A DNA stretch of 64,000 nucleotides from Bacillales bacterium (GCA_016292035.1 JAEEZR010000012.1:5937-69936); one strand, 5' to 3'. Shown: positions 9,016 through 19,370, counted from the first letter of the stretch. A program made the numbers and translations. The notes: generated by a model from the sequence alone, not told the origin.

Positions 9016-11850
9016 CTATTTTTTTGTACACTGTTTAGTAATTATTGAGTTATATGCGCTTTGTGCTGCATTTGAACAAGCTTGGCCGCAGCTTTCTCCT
9101 TGGCAACTTTGTGAGCAACTTCTTCCTGCATTACCTGATGCTGTGGATGCTTCTTGAATTGCTGCCCTAGAGCAGCAATAGCTAGCTCCACTTACTGTTA
9201 CAGTTTGATAGCATCCTGTTTTTAGAGTAACTGTGCAAGTGCTATTTCCTGTTACATTGCTTGCGGTTAATACACTTGTGCTTTCATTAAGAGAGCATCC
9301 ACTTCCTGATACTGTTGCTCCTGTTATAATATATCCATTACTTTCAGTTATAGTAAATGTTCCTGATGAGCCATGTTCTATTTGTTTATTTGCTGGATTA
9401 GCAGAGCATCCACTGCATGCTACATTAACTGTGTATTTAGCTTTTTGATAGCACTTTGCGCTGTTTCCTGGATAAGCAGTCCATCCCGAAGGACATTGGT
9501 AGAAATTCGTGGATGTTGTACATATTAATTTTCCTTCTTGATTTGATGTTCCACATTGTCCTTGATTATATTGTCTTGTACATTGATATAATTCTTCACG
9601 CCAAGTTACTGTACCATTTGTGTTAGTTCCTGATGTTCCACAGTAAGACCATGAACATGAGGTTTGATTACATGTGCTTACCTTTGTATATTTTTTGTAA
9701 GATGAGCCATCATTTAAGTATTCATAGCATGGACTCGTTCCATTACAGTGTGCTGTATCATAACTGAATTCTAGATAATATCCGACTGATGAACTATTAA
9801 TATAACATCCGTAACTGCTATCCTTTGTAGCACTTGATCCACTTGAAGCGCTTAGCGTTTTTGTTGAATCTCCTGATGGAAGGCAATAGTAGTATGATAA
9901 TGCTTCAAATTGGCATGTGTTGTTTGATGTTAGACATTTTGTTTTTAGGCTAGCATTTGTTACGCATGCTGGCACTCCGCTTACAACTTCTGGTGTTCCT
10001 GTAGCACATGTCCATGATGATTTTGCTGTTACTGTACATGTTCTTGCACTTGTTACAGATGATGCTGTAAGTGTTGATCCACTTAAAGAACATCCTGTTC
10101 CTGATACTGTTGCTCCTGATAGAGTATAACCGTTACTTGCTGTTAAAGTGAATGTTCCTGAACTATTATATTCAATAGCTTTACTTGTAGGACTAGATGA
10201 ACATCCTGAACAACTAACTGATACTGTATAGGTTTGTTTTTTAGCAGTTACTGTACATGTTCTAGGGCTTGTTACGCTAGAAGCTGTTAATGTGCTTCCA
10301 CTTAGGCTGCATCCAGTTCCACTTACTGTAGCACCTGTTAGTGTGTATCCTGTAGATGCTGTTAAAGTAAATGTAGTTGATCCATTATACGCTGCTTCTT
10401 TGCTTGTTGGAGAAGATGTACAATTAGAGCATGATACTGTTACCACTGGTTTCCAATATGCATATATTGTAGTGCTAGCGTTGAACTGTGTATTTGATGC
10501 TGTTATTGAACCACTTGCATTTATTATTTGTGTACCAGATCCATTAGTGCTTGTGTAATATCCTCCAAAAACATAATTTGTTCTTGTAGGTTTTGTTATT
10601 GAAGTTGATGCACTTCCACCTGATGTTAGTGAATACTGATTACCATATTTTTCATATATTGTTGTTGTTCCAGCAGAAGTAGCACTTTGATTATTTAGGG
10701 TTATTGTAAATATATTAGCTGTACATACAGCATATATATCAAGTGTTGTACTTTGAGTTTCCGGTACAGTTATAGTTGAAACAGATGTTGCTCCTGAAGT
10801 CATTGCCCACCCACATGTGTGTCCTGCTTTAGTTACTGTAGGAAGGTTTGTTGATACACTCGTCCATCTTGCTTTAAATGTTACTGTTCCTGATGTACTT
10901 CTTAAGTTTTTAAATGTTGTTGCTTTTGAGCCTGATACAGCTGTAGCTCTTGAATTAGTTGATCCAACTAAATGATCTGTTGAGTCTAGCCCTGTTATAT
11001 CCCAGCCATTAAATGTTTGAGTGTTTGTCGTATTAGCTCCTATAGTAGCACCTGTTCCATTTGCGTTTCCTCTAAATGTTACTGTTTTTGTTGGATTAGG
11101 AATACTAAGTGCTTCATCATATGTTCCTTTACTAGGTTGGCTAGATATTGTTCCGTTTTGTAAATTATAACTTATGTTATAGCTATTTGCTTGCCATCTA
11201 GAATATATTTTCTTTTCTGGCAAATCAGAAATCTTTGTTGATGAAGTAACTTCAAATCCACCAGTTTGAGAACTGAACCATCCTAAAAATGTATATCCTT
11301 CTCTTGTGGGAGTAGGAAGGTTCCCAACTGTTTGGCCACTTATAACTATGCAGTTTTCTTCACCATCTGTTACAAAGCATAAGCTTTCTACTATTCTGTA
11401 TGGATCACTACTAGTTCCACTTCCTGACACGGTTAAATCTTTAATATAAATAGACGCTTTTAATTTTGATGGTTCTTCATCAGTTAATCCTGATTGTGTA
11501 AGTGTTTTAACTTGGCCATTATTTAGTACGTAGTAAGAATTTGGATTATACAAATATGAAGAAGCTCCTCCGATTAAGTTATATTCTGGATAGCTAAATA
11601 GACCAACTTTTTGATATGAGCTAGAAGCACATGAAACTTTATTATTTGTTACTGTGCAGTTGAATTTATTTGTATTAAATAAATCTATATTTAGTGTGTT
11701 ACCGAAAGAAGTAAGTGCTGATGAAACAGCTGTTTTTGTTGTTTTATCATTATAAACAGTTTTACTATATTCCTTACTATTTATTACTATTTTCTTTGTT
11801 CCTGTTAATAGTAGTAACAATAATATTGCTGTGCCTAGTATCCTTTTCAT
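9016..11850 (-). CDS. Large secreted Ser/Thr/Cys-rich surface protein with a Flg_new repeat and three internal roughly 65-aa Cys-containing repeats
   Basis: Signal peptide MKRILGTAILLLLLLTG. REGYTFLGWF...KIYSRWQANSYNISY matches Flg_new. Three copies of V(S/A)CSxCSxxPxxK...GTFT(L/I)T(A/E)SNGY...GATVSG(T/S)GCSL...CTVT(A/L)K. 944 aa. Confidence 0.7.
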   Translation of the reverse strand: MKRILGTAILLLLLLTGTKKIVINSKEYSKTVYNDKTTKTAVSSALTSFGNTLNIDLFNTNKFNCTVTNNKVSCASSSYQKVGLFSYPEYNLIGGASSYLYNPNSYYVLNNGQVKTLTQSGLTDEEPSKLKASIYIKDLTVSGSGTSSDPYRIVESLCFVTDGEENCIVISGQTVGNLPTPTREGYTFLGWFSSQTGGFEVTSSTKISDLPEKKIYSRWQANSYNISYNLQNGTISSQPSKGTYDEALSIPNPTKTVTFRGNANGTGATIGANTTNTQTFNGWDITGLDSTDHLVGSTNSRATAVSGSKATTFKNLRSTSGTVTFKARWTSVSTNLPTVTKAGHTCGWAMTSGATSVSTITVPETQSTTLDIYAVCTANIFTITLNNQSATSAGTTTIYEKYGNQYSLTSGGSASTSITKPTRTNYVFGGYYTSTNGSGTQIINASGSITASNTQFNASTTIYAYWKPVVTVSCSNCTSSPTSKEAAYNGSTTFTLTASTGYTLTGATVSGTGCSLSGSTLTASSVTSPRTCTVTAKKQTYTVSVSCSGCSSSPTSKAIEYNSSGTFTLTASNGYTLSGATVSGTGCSLSGSTLTASSVTSARTCTVTAKSSWTCATGTPEVVSGVPACVTNASLKTKCLTSNNTCQFEALSYYYCLPSGDSTKTLSASSGSSATKDSSYGCYINSSSVGYYLEFSYDTAHCNGTSPCYEYLNDGSSYKKYTKVSTCNQTSCSWSYCGTSGTNTNGTVTWREELYQCTRQYNQGQCGTSNQEGKLICTTSTNFYQCPSGWTAYPGNSAKCYQKAKYTVNVACSGCSANPANKQIEHGSSGTFTITESNGYIITGATVSGSGCSLNESTSVLTASNVTGNSTCTVTLKTGCYQTVTVSGASYCCSRAAIQEASTASGNAGRSCSQSCQGESCGQACSNAAQSAYNSIITKQCTKK
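9180..10450 (-). repeat. Intragenic roughly 200-bp direct repeats encoding the 65-aa Cys-containing modules of the 944-aa surface protein: two tandem copies at about 10020..10440 and a diverged third at about 9190..9400
   Basis: A near-identical stretch recurs (catcctgttcctgatactgttgctcctg at 10091..10118; catccacttcctgatactgttgctcctg at 9296..9323). The spurious plus-strand ORFs 9233, 9917 and 10292 all carry the EHP(V/L)PDTVAP echo. Confidence 0.6.
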
Positions 11851-11902
11851 ATAACCACCTATTTTTCTAATATAATAGTATCATTTCATATAGTATATAT
11901 CA

Positions 11903-11927
11903 AGAAAAAAAGTAGCTTACGCTACTT
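11903..11927. terminator. Rho-independent terminator overlapping the ftsH stop codon (stem agtagc/gctact, loop ttac)
   Basis: Hairpin at 11911..11926. An A-run at 11904..11910 gives the U-tract for the minus-strand transcript. Confidence 0.45.
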
Positions 11928-13863
11928 TCTTTTCTTTTTTAGCTTTTACTACTTTCTTTGTAGTTTTCTTAGGTTTAGTTTCTTTTACTTCTTCTTTTGG
12001 TTTAGAAGCTCTTTTCTTTGGATGATTGTAGTTTTCTACTACTTCTTCAATTTCTTCTTTAGTAATAGTTTCTTTTTCATATAGTGTTTTTGCAAGTACT
12101 TCTACTAATCCTTTATTTTCTGTTAATATTTTCTTTGCATTTTTATAGCATTCATCCATTATTTTTCTAATTTCTTTATCTATTTCTAGAGCTACTGTAT
12201 CAGAATAGTTTCTTTGAGAATTTGTATAATCTCTTCCTAGGAATACTTCACCTGATTTATGTTCTAGTTGTACTGGGCCTAGATCTGACATACCATATTC
12301 AGTTACCATACTTCTAGCAATTTGAGTTGCTCTTTTAAAGTCGTCTGATGCACCAGTTGATATTTCACCGCAGAATAGTTCTTCTGCTACTCTACCACCT
12401 AAATAAGAAGTTATTCTTTGAAGTAGTTCATCTTTAGTTGCTACTAAAGTTCTTTCTTCTTTAGGAAGCATTTGAGTATATCCTCCAGCCATTCCTCTTG
12501 GGATAATAGTAATCTTATGTACTTCTTCACCATTTGGAAGCATTATACCAAGTACTGCGTGTCCACTTTCATGGTATGCTACTATATTCTTTTCATAGTC
12601 AGTTACTTTTCTACTTACTTTAGCAGGTCCCATTAGTACTCTATCTGAAGCTTCATCAAGTTCGTCCATTGTAATTGCATTTTTATTTCTTCTAACTGCT
12701 AGAAGTGCAGCTTCATTTAGTAAGTTTTCTAGATCAGCTCCTGAGTATCCAGGAGTACGTTCAGCTAGAGCTTTTATTTTTACTTCTTCAGCTAATACTT
12801 TATTTTTAGCGTGTACTTTTAGTATTTCTTCTCTTTCTCTTACATCTGGAAGATTAACTGTTACTTGTCTATCAAATCTTCCTGGTCTTAGAAGTGCAGG
12901 GTCTAGTACATCTGGTCTATTTGTTGCAGCAATAATAATGATTCCTTCGTTTGCACCAAATCCGTCCATTTCAGTTAATAATTGGTTTAGAGTTTGTTCT
13001 CTTTCATCATGTCCTCCACCTAAACCAGTTCCTCTTTGACGACCTACTGCATCTATTTCATCAATAAATATTAAGCATGGAGCAGTTTGTTTTGCTTGTT
13101 TAAACATATCTCTTACACGAGAAGCACCTACACCTACAAATAGTTCTACAAAGTCTGAACCGCTTATGTAGTAGAAAGGAACTTTTGCTTCACCTGCTAC
13201 TGCTTTAGCAAGTAGTGTTTTACCTGTTCCTGGAGGCCCTACTAAAAGTACGCCCTTAGGAATTCTTGCTCCTAATTTTTGGAATTTCTTTGGATTCTTT
13301 AAGAAGTCTATTAATTCTTTTACTTCTTCTTTTTCTTCATTAAGTCCTGCAACATCTTTAAAAGTAGTGTTTCCACCTTCTTTGTTTAATTTAGCACGGC
13401 TTCTTCCGAAGTCCATTGTTCCGCCTTTTCCATTTCCAAGCATTGCTTTTACTAGATAAAAGCTTAGTCCACATATAATTAGTATTGGAGCAAATTCTAA
13501 GACAATTGCAAGCCAGCTTATACTTCCTGGATCTTTATTAATCTTTACATTTAAGTTTTGTTCATTAGATGATGTTAATAGTTCTTTTACTACTGAATCA
13601 CTATATGGTACGATTAGCTTAAATGATTCATTTTCCTTATAACTTTTTAACTTACCTGTTAAGTAGTAAACACTTTCACTTGTTTTAGGTGTTATTTCTA
13701 GCTCTTTTATATTTTGAGATGCTAAGTTCTTAGTGAAATCTAAGTAGTTTAGTTCATTAACTTTATATTTACCATTATTAAATAAATATAATATTACTGT
13801 CATTACTACTAATAAAATTAGATATGGAAATATATCTTTCATTAAGTTAGTTCTTTTTTTCAT
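11917..13863 (-). CDS. ftsH: ATP-dependent zinc metalloprotease FtsH
   Basis: Two N-terminal TM helices, AAA+ Walker [12 protein letters not shown], the HEAGH zinc site (HESGHA), and a Lys-rich tail. 648 aa. Confidence 0.95.
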   Translation of the reverse strand: MKKRTNLMKDIFPYLILLVVMTVILYLFNNGKYKVNELNYLDFTKNLASQNIKELEITPKTSESVYYLTGKLKSYKENESFKLIVPYSDSVVKELLTSSNEQNLNVKINKDPGSISWLAIVLEFAPILIICGLSFYLVKAMLGNGKGGTMDFGRSRAKLNKEGGNTTFKDVAGLNEEKEEVKELIDFLKNPKKFQKLGARIPKGVLLVGPPGTGKTLLAKAVAGEAKVPFYYISGSDFVELFVGVGASRVRDMFKQAKQTAPCLIFIDEIDAVGRQRGTGLGGGHDEREQTLNQLLTEMDGFGANEGIIIIAATNRPDVLDPALLRPGRFDRQVTVNLPDVREREEILKVHAKNKVLAEEVKIKALAERTPGYSGADLENLLNEAALLAVRRNKNAITMDELDEASDRVLMGPAKVSRKVTDYEKNIVAYHESGHAVLGIMLPNGEEVHKITIIPRGMAGGYTQMLPKEERTLVATKDELLQRITSYLGGRVAEELFCGEISTGASDDFKRATQIARSMVTEYGMSDLGPVQLEHKSGEVFLGRDYTNSQRNYSDTVALEIDKEIRKIMDECYKNAKKILTENKGLVEVLAKTLYEKETITKEEIEEVVENYNHPKKRASKPKEEVKETKPKKTTKKVVKAKKEKKVA

Positions 13864-13877
13864 ATTTTCTTCCTTTC

Positions 13878-15206
13878 TTATATATACCTTAGTATTATAT
13901 CATAGCTTTTTTCTTTTTGCTCATCATATTTACTTTTTTTAAGTCCTGGTATCCAAACTACATTGTTTTCTGAATCACATACTATTGGCCAGGAGTCTCT
14001 ATCTTTTGTTTTTATTTTACTGTCTATAAATATATCATTAACTTTTTTATGTCCTTCCATACCTTTTACTTCCATTTTGTCTCCATTTCTTCTTGTTCTT
14101 ACGTATAGAGGCATAATTACTTTTTTACTACTTAATCTTATTATATTATTTGAATTGTCATCAATTTCTTCATGCAACACTACTATGTTTTTTCCATTAG
14201 GTAGGTTTACTATATCACTAATTTCTATTTCATATTTATCTTGATTATCTTCTTCAAATGTTAATTCTATCTTGTCATAGGATTTTATTACTTTAACATT
14301 GTTTGGTAGATGTATAAATCCTTGTGCTTTATCACAGTTAATTAAATCAAACATCAATTTAACATGTGCATTAGTTATTATTAATAAGTCATCTCCATAT
14401 ATTTTTTCTAATATATTATAGATTATCTTTGTTTGAATTAATTCATCTAATTCTTTAAATTTATTAATATCTAGTACTCCATCTATTATGACTTTATTAA
14501 ATTTATCTTTTACTTCTTTTTCAATGTATTCATTATACATTAGAAGAGTTTCACTATATTTAAGGAATTTTTCATGTACTAATTTATTTTCACTTTTTAA
14601 GAATGGAAGTACATATTTTCTATATCTATTTCTAGTATGAATGTCTTCTAAGTTAGTTTTATCAATATAATACTTAACTTTATTATCTTCACAGTATTTA
14701 ACTAGTTCATCTTTTGTTACTGTTATTAGAGGCCTTACTAATGTATATTCATCTTTTTCTATTATTTTACTAAATCCACTGTATCCTTTTAGGGTTGATC
14801 CTCTTACTATTCTCATTAAGATAGTTTCTATTAAATCATCACCGTGATGAGCAGTCATTAAATAGTTAGCTTTATATTTTTTACATATTTGATCAAAGAA
14901 GTTATATCTTATTGTTCTTGCTTCATTTTCAAAGTTATCATCACCAATATTTTCTATTTTCATTGATTCAAATATTAAGTCATTATCTTTTGAAAATTTT
15001 CTTACATATTCTTCTTCTTCGTTGCTTTCTTTTCTAACGTTATGATTAACATGCGCTACTACTAGTGTTAGACCAAGTTCTTTTTTAACTTTTATTAGCA
15101 AGTCTAAAAGAGCCATTGAATCTGGCCCACCACTTATTCCAGCACATATAATGCTTTTACTATCTAAGTTTAATTCTTTTAGTAAATAATCATATACATT
15201 TTGCAT
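13878..15206 (-). CDS. tilS: tRNA(Ile)-lysidine synthetase TilS
   Basis: N-terminal PP-loop SGGPDS (AGISGGPDSMAL). 442 aa. Immediately upstream of ftsH as in Firmicutes (tilS-[hpt]-ftsH); hpt is absent here. Confidence 0.85.
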   Translation of the reverse strand: MQNVYDYLLKELNLDSKSIICAGISGGPDSMALLDLLIKVKKELGLTLVVAHVNHNVRKESNEEEEYVRKFSKDNDLIFESMKIENIGDDNFENEARTIRYNFFDQICKKYKANYLMTAHHGDDLIETILMRIVRGSTLKGYSGFSKIIEKDEYTLVRPLITVTKDELVKYCEDNKVKYYIDKTNLEDIHTRNRYRKYVLPFLKSENKLVHEKFLKYSETLLMYNEYIEKEVKDKFNKVIIDGVLDINKFKELDELIQTKIIYNILEKIYGDDLLIITNAHVKLMFDLINCDKAQGFIHLPNNVKVIKSYDKIELTFEEDNQDKYEIEISDIVNLPNGKNIVVLHEEIDDNSNNIIRLSSKKVIMPLYVRTRRNGDKMEVKGMEGHKKVNDIFIDSKIKTKDRDSWPIVCDSENNVVWIPGLKKSKYDEQKEKSYDIILRYI

Positions 15207-15217
15207 TTAAAACCCTC

Positions 15218-15832
15218 TTACTTTTCTACTATATATAGTTTATTTTCTTCTTTTAATAAATAAAAGTCTCCTTTATTTTCGTATCCTAAGTCTACTACAT
15301 ATTCCCAAGTAGCACTTACCTTATATGCAGGTACTTTTGCTCCTTTATATGTATAATTATAATCACTTATTACTTTTATTTCTACACTTTTTACTTCAGG
15401 AAGTGATTGTTCTCTTTTACCATCTAAGTTTGTTTTTACATGATTATACATTGTATCTCCTGCATTTAGTTTAAAGTTTTCTTTTAAATTTGGATGAATA
15501 AATTCTAATCCTCCGAAGTCACTTGAACTTATTTTATTAGTTAATGTATAAAAATCAGTTATAAATAATTTAGTTATACTTTTTGCATACTCTTTTTCAT
15601 CTACTTCTTCTTTATTTAATACTTCTTTTAATTCTGCAAAATAAGTCTTATATATTTCAGTAGCATCATCATTTAGTGTATAACCATATAATTCTAGACT
15701 ATCTAATTGTACTTTTTTCTTTTCTTCTGGTACTTCTTTCTTAATAAATTCATTATATGCCTTGTAGCCCGTGAAAGATATTACGCCTAGTATTATGACT
15801 GTCATTGTTATATAAAATATTTTGTTTTTCAT
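15218..15832 (-). CDS. Hypothetical membrane-anchored protein (single N-terminal TM), probably co-transcribed with the LTA synthase gene
   Basis: 204 aa. N-terminal hydrophobic helix IFYITMTVIILGVISFTGY. No recognisable domain. Confidence 0.4.
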   Translation of the reverse strand: MKNKIFYITMTVIILGVISFTGYKAYNEFIKKEVPEEKKKVQLDSLELYGYTLNDDATEIYKTYFAELKEVLNKEEVDEKEYAKSITKLFITDFYTLTNKISSSDFGGLEFIHPNLKENFKLNAGDTMYNHVKTNLDGKREQSLPEVKSVEIKVISDYNYTYKGAKVPAYKVSATWEYVVDLGYENKGDFYLLKEENKLYIVEK

Positions 15833-17961
15833 TATTTCTCCTTTTCTTCTTTTTCAATTAAGTTATGAACTATTATTGCCTTACTTACATCTAATGTTTG
15901 TTCAGAATATTCTTTTAATTTATTTATGTAATTTGCCATGTATTCGTTGTCTATCTTATCATTAGTTAATACAATATAGTCTTCTTTAGCAGTACTTAGA
16001 TATACTTTATCAGTTATTACATCTCCGTTAGGGAATACTACTATTTTTTCATTTTTACTAAATATATCATGCCCTAGTGGGTATCTGTAGTTTAAATTAA
16101 ACATATTAGCTATTGTTGGATATACGTCCCACATTCCCATAGTGCTTGATATTTCTTTATTTACTTTATCATCTTTAGAATAAATAATCAATGGAGTATT
16201 TTTTAGTAAATCATAGTTATAATCATCTAGATTAACATATGTAGGATCATCTTTTGTCTTCATTTTTCCTGTTTCTAAGTCATAGTTATATAAGTATTCT
16301 AGATTTTTTCTTCCTAATTTTGCTTCGTGATCTCCATAGAGCACTATTACAGTGTTATCAAGTAGATTTTCTTCTTCTAGCATTTCTAGTAGCATTCCAT
16401 ATGCTTCATCTGCATAGTGAGCGCTTTTTAAATAATCACCTATTTCAGTGTTTTCTAAGTATGGATCTTCTACTTCTTCATATATAGGGTTTCCTTCCTC
16501 ATCTAATTCTTTAGTATCTCTTTTTACTGTCACAGAGAAGTCTATGTCCCCATATTTGTCTAAATCTTTAAATGGACTATGGTTACTTAAACTAATAATA
16601 GTACCCATAAATTTTTCATGATTATTTTTTACTTCTTTTAGTATAGGTATTAATTGTTTATAGAAAGATTTATCAGATAAGCCTAGACCTATTATGTCTT
16701 CACTTTCCATATCATCAGGCACTATGTATGAGTCTTTAGCATAAAAATCATCATATCCTAGAGTTTGATACATTGTTTCTCTATTCCAGTATCCTGCTGC
16801 ATTGGCGTGAGCAGCAAATGTATAATATCCTTTACTTCTGAAAGCATTTTGCATTGTTTCATATTTTCTATTATAGAAATTAATAAATACCGTTCCAGAA
16901 GAAGATGGAAGAATTCCTGTACTTAAAGTAAACTCTGTATCAGAACTTGTTCCTATACTTACTTGTGGATAGAATCTAGTAAAGTAAAGACTTTCCTTTG
17001 CTAATTTATTTAGATTAGGTGTTATTTCTATACCATTTACTTCTAGTCCTATTAAGAAGCTTTGTATACTTTCTGCATGTATAAATAATACATTTTTTCC
17101 TTCAAATATATTTGTGTAGTTATTTTTTTGTTTATTATTCTTATTATTGTAGTAATAATTATCAAATGCTACTTTAGCTTCTTCATAGCCAAACATTGGA
17201 CTTATTGTTGGATATATGCTTTGTACGAAGTCATTTATAGTGTACATATATATACCAAATTTATTTACTACATAGTCTCTATTCCATAGTTTTACTATTC
17301 TACTTGCTTCTGTTTTTGTAAGAGTTATAGCTGTCATAAGAAGTAAAGCAAATGAAACTACTACTGTTCTTAGGAACATTTGCTTTCCTTTTTCATATCT
17401 TCCTACATTGAAATAGTAATTCTTTTTGCTAAGAAAGTGATGCACTATTAACATTATTATTGGACTTATTAAATATATAAAGTAAATAGGCTTTAATCTA
17501 GATGTTACTGAATCACTTACTTTTCCAAACATAGATAGTGTACTTATTTGACTAATGCTTATGTATCCTGCATAGAATTTATAATATATACTGTTTATTA
17601 TGCATAGGGCTGTATAGAATATATTAAGTAAAAAGAAATATTTAAATTGATGTTTTGGTTTTATTAAATAGCCAAATGCTCCTACTATTGCTACTATTAT
17701 TAAGTCACATATAAGAGGCTTTATATGATATAAAGATGTACTTGTGGTTAATCTAAGTAAAAAACCGATTATTACTGATGTTATTAGGTATGTTAAAAAT
17801 AAAATATTTGTGCTTAAATACTTTTTAAACTCTTCATATACTTTTTTCCATAGTATATTCATTGTTTCATAAATAGATGTTTTTTCTCCTTTTTTATTCT
17901 TTATAGCCATCTTACATACCTCATTCTTATCAATTATACCAAAAATGTAGTTATTTTTCAA
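15832..17961 (-). CDS. LTA synthase family protein (polytopic N-terminal domain plus extracellular sulfatase-like domain; LtaS-like)
   Basis: Five N-terminal TM helices followed by a sulfatase-type domain (NVLFIHAESIQSF...SIGTSSDTEFTLSTG). 709 aa. Architecture is typical of LtaS/YflE. Confidence 0.75.
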   Translation of the reverse strand: MKNNYIFGIIDKNEVCKMAIKNKKGEKTSIYETMNILWKKVYEEFKKYLSTNILFLTYLITSVIIGFLLRLTTSTSLYHIKPLICDLIIVAIVGAFGYLIKPKHQFKYFFLLNIFYTALCIINSIYYKFYAGYISISQISTLSMFGKVSDSVTSRLKPIYFIYLISPIIMLIVHHFLSKKNYYFNVGRYEKGKQMFLRTVVVSFALLLMTAITLTKTEASRIVKLWNRDYVVNKFGIYMYTINDFVQSIYPTISPMFGYEEAKVAFDNYYYNNKNNKQKNNYTNIFEGKNVLFIHAESIQSFLIGLEVNGIEITPNLNKLAKESLYFTRFYPQVSIGTSSDTEFTLSTGILPSSSGTVFINFYNRKYETMQNAFRSKGYYTFAAHANAAGYWNRETMYQTLGYDDFYAKDSYIVPDDMESEDIIGLGLSDKSFYKQLIPILKEVKNNHEKFMGTIISLSNHSPFKDLDKYGDIDFSVTVKRDTKELDEEGNPIYEEVEDPYLENTEIGDYLKSAHYADEAYGMLLEMLEEENLLDNTVIVLYGDHEAKLGRKNLEYLYNYDLETGKMKTKDDPTYVNLDDYNYDLLKNTPLIIYSKDDKVNKEISSTMGMWDVYPTIANMFNLNYRYPLGHDIFSKNEKIVVFPNGDVITDKVYLSTAKEDYIVLTNDKIDNEYMANYINKLKEYSEQTLDVSKAIIVHNLIEKEEKEK

Positions 17962-17990
17962 TTTACAAAAAAGAAAGACAAATGTCTTTC

Positions 17991-18617
17991 TTAATTTATT
18001 ACTGGTTCTCCTTTTGCTGCTAGAGTTGAGTTAAATTCTTTGTTTTTAAACTCGTTTTGCGCTACTCCTGTTTCTTTAAACATAATTGTTAGTTTATACT
18101 TGTGTGTTATTCCAGTATTTATTGTTCCAGTCCCTATAATAGTGCTCATCTGAGGAACTCTTGTCTCATTTACATTTATTAATTTATTATGAGGAATATC
18201 TTCTTCTATTTCCTTTCCATCTTTATATGTTTTACCTTCTACCTTATAAACAAAACTATTACTTGTTATCTCATTCTTATTAATGTTCCATACAATAGTA
18301 TAATTTCCGTATGTATTATTTGTTTTAGAAGTATTAGTCACTGTGAAAGTAAGAGAATCACTATAACCTGGTAATATTTCTTTTGATATTAAGTCTGTTC
18401 CTTCAAATACTGCATATACCTGTGCACTTTTTACAGTGATACTTCCATTTTCTTCATTACCTACAATCTTAGCCACTATAAAAGAGTAAGCAGTTCCTAT
18501 TGCAACTGCAGTAAATGGAATGATGCATAATATAGCAATTATTACTGATTTAATATTCTTATTTAATCTTTCCTTTTTCTTCATATTTTCCTCTTTTATG
18601 ATTTGTATATTTATCAT
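17991..18617 (-). CDS. Secreted or membrane-anchored protein, paralog of 18684..19370, with a SipW-cognate-like signal region (AIGTAYSF)
   Basis: N-terminal TM/signal IIAILCIIPFTAVAIGTAYSF. C-terminal block KYKLTIMFKETGVAQNEF is shared with the neighbour (TYRVIFKEMGVAQNED). Confidence 0.4.
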   Translation of the reverse strand: MINIQIIKEENMKKKERLNKNIKSVIIAILCIIPFTAVAIGTAYSFIVAKIVGNEENGSITVKSAQVYAVFEGTDLISKEILPGYSDSLTFTVTNTSKTNNTYGNYTIVWNINKNEITSNSFVYKVEGKTYKDGKEIEEDIPHNKLINVNETRVPQMSTIIGTGTINTGITHKYKLTIMFKETGVAQNEFKNKEFNSTLAAKGEPVIN

Positions 18618-18642
18618 ACCACCTTAAAGATGATAAAGACAA

Positions 18643-18680
18643 TAAAAAAAGTTAGATTTCTCTAACTTCTCTTTTTTTTA
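18643..18680. terminator. Rho-independent terminator (stem gttaga/tctaac, loop tttc, A-run 18644..18650, T-run 18672..18679) after the 18684..19370 gene
   Basis: Hairpin at 18651..18666 with flanking homopolymer runs. Confidence 0.45.
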
Positions 18681-18683
18681 ATA

Positions 18684-19370
18684 CTATTCGCCTTCACCGT
18701 TATTTGGTGTAGGAGATGGAACTGGTAATCCATTATATGTTGGATCTGCAGAATACATTGTTCCGTTTCCACCAGTAGCTAGTTCACAAGATACAGTTGT
18801 TTTAATTAACTTACCTTGATCTTCATTTTGAGCTACTCCCATTTCCTTAAAGATAACTCTGTAAGTAACTTCTCTGATTGGTCCTTTTCCTGCTTCAGTA
18901 TCGTTTAGTGTTCCTGTTACAACATCTTGAGTTACTGCTGGGATTGTACCATGAGCAATTTCAACTCCTTCAGCTGTTAATGCTACAGGATTTTCAGTGT
19001 TTTGTGCATCATCACCAGCTACACCTTGAACTTCAATATGCTCTAATAAATCATTTTCATTAGTAGCTTCTCCTGCTAAATATACTTTACAAGAATATTC
19101 AACTGGTTTTTCAGAAGCTGAAGTGAAGTAAACTTTAGTAGTTCCTGTTCCACTCCATCCAGGTAATACAGTTGTGTCAGATGATGGACTTGTTGTTACA
19201 AATCCTACACTACCAACTGTAGCAGTTGTAATAGTTGCGTTTGGATTATTTCCTTCACCTGCTTGCATTGTTGTTGTGAAATATGCAAATGTTGCACCTA
19301 TAATAGCAACTAATAAAGTTGCAATTCCGATTACTGATAAAAATATTGTTTGACCATTGTTTCTTTCCAT
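18684..19370 (-). CDS. Secreted protein with a SipW-cognate-type signal peptide (TasA/camelysin-like signal class), paralog of 17991..18617
   Basis: N-terminus IFLSVIGIATLLVAIIGATFAYFTTT matches the G-x-T-[FY]-A-[YW]-F-[ST]-[DT] pattern of SipW-processed signal peptides. 228 aa. Confidence 0.45.
   Translation of the reverse strand: MERNNGQTIFLSVIGIATLLVAIIGATFAYFTTTMQAGEGNNPNATITTATVGSVGFVTTSPSSDTTVLPGWSGTGTTKVYFTSASEKPVEYSCKVYLAGEATNENDLLEHIEVQGVAGDDAQNTENPVALTAEGVEIAHGTIPAVTQDVVTGTLNDTEAGKGPIREVTYRVIFKEMGVAQNEDQGKLIKTTVSCELATGGNGTMYSADPTYNGLPVPSPTPNNGEGE

Noticed and set aside
9180-10450. Repeat region as a possible CRISPR array
   Set aside because: The repeats are about 200 bp, lie in frame within a coding sequence, and encode a repeated protein module. 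There is no short repeat/spacer periodicity and no cas genes.
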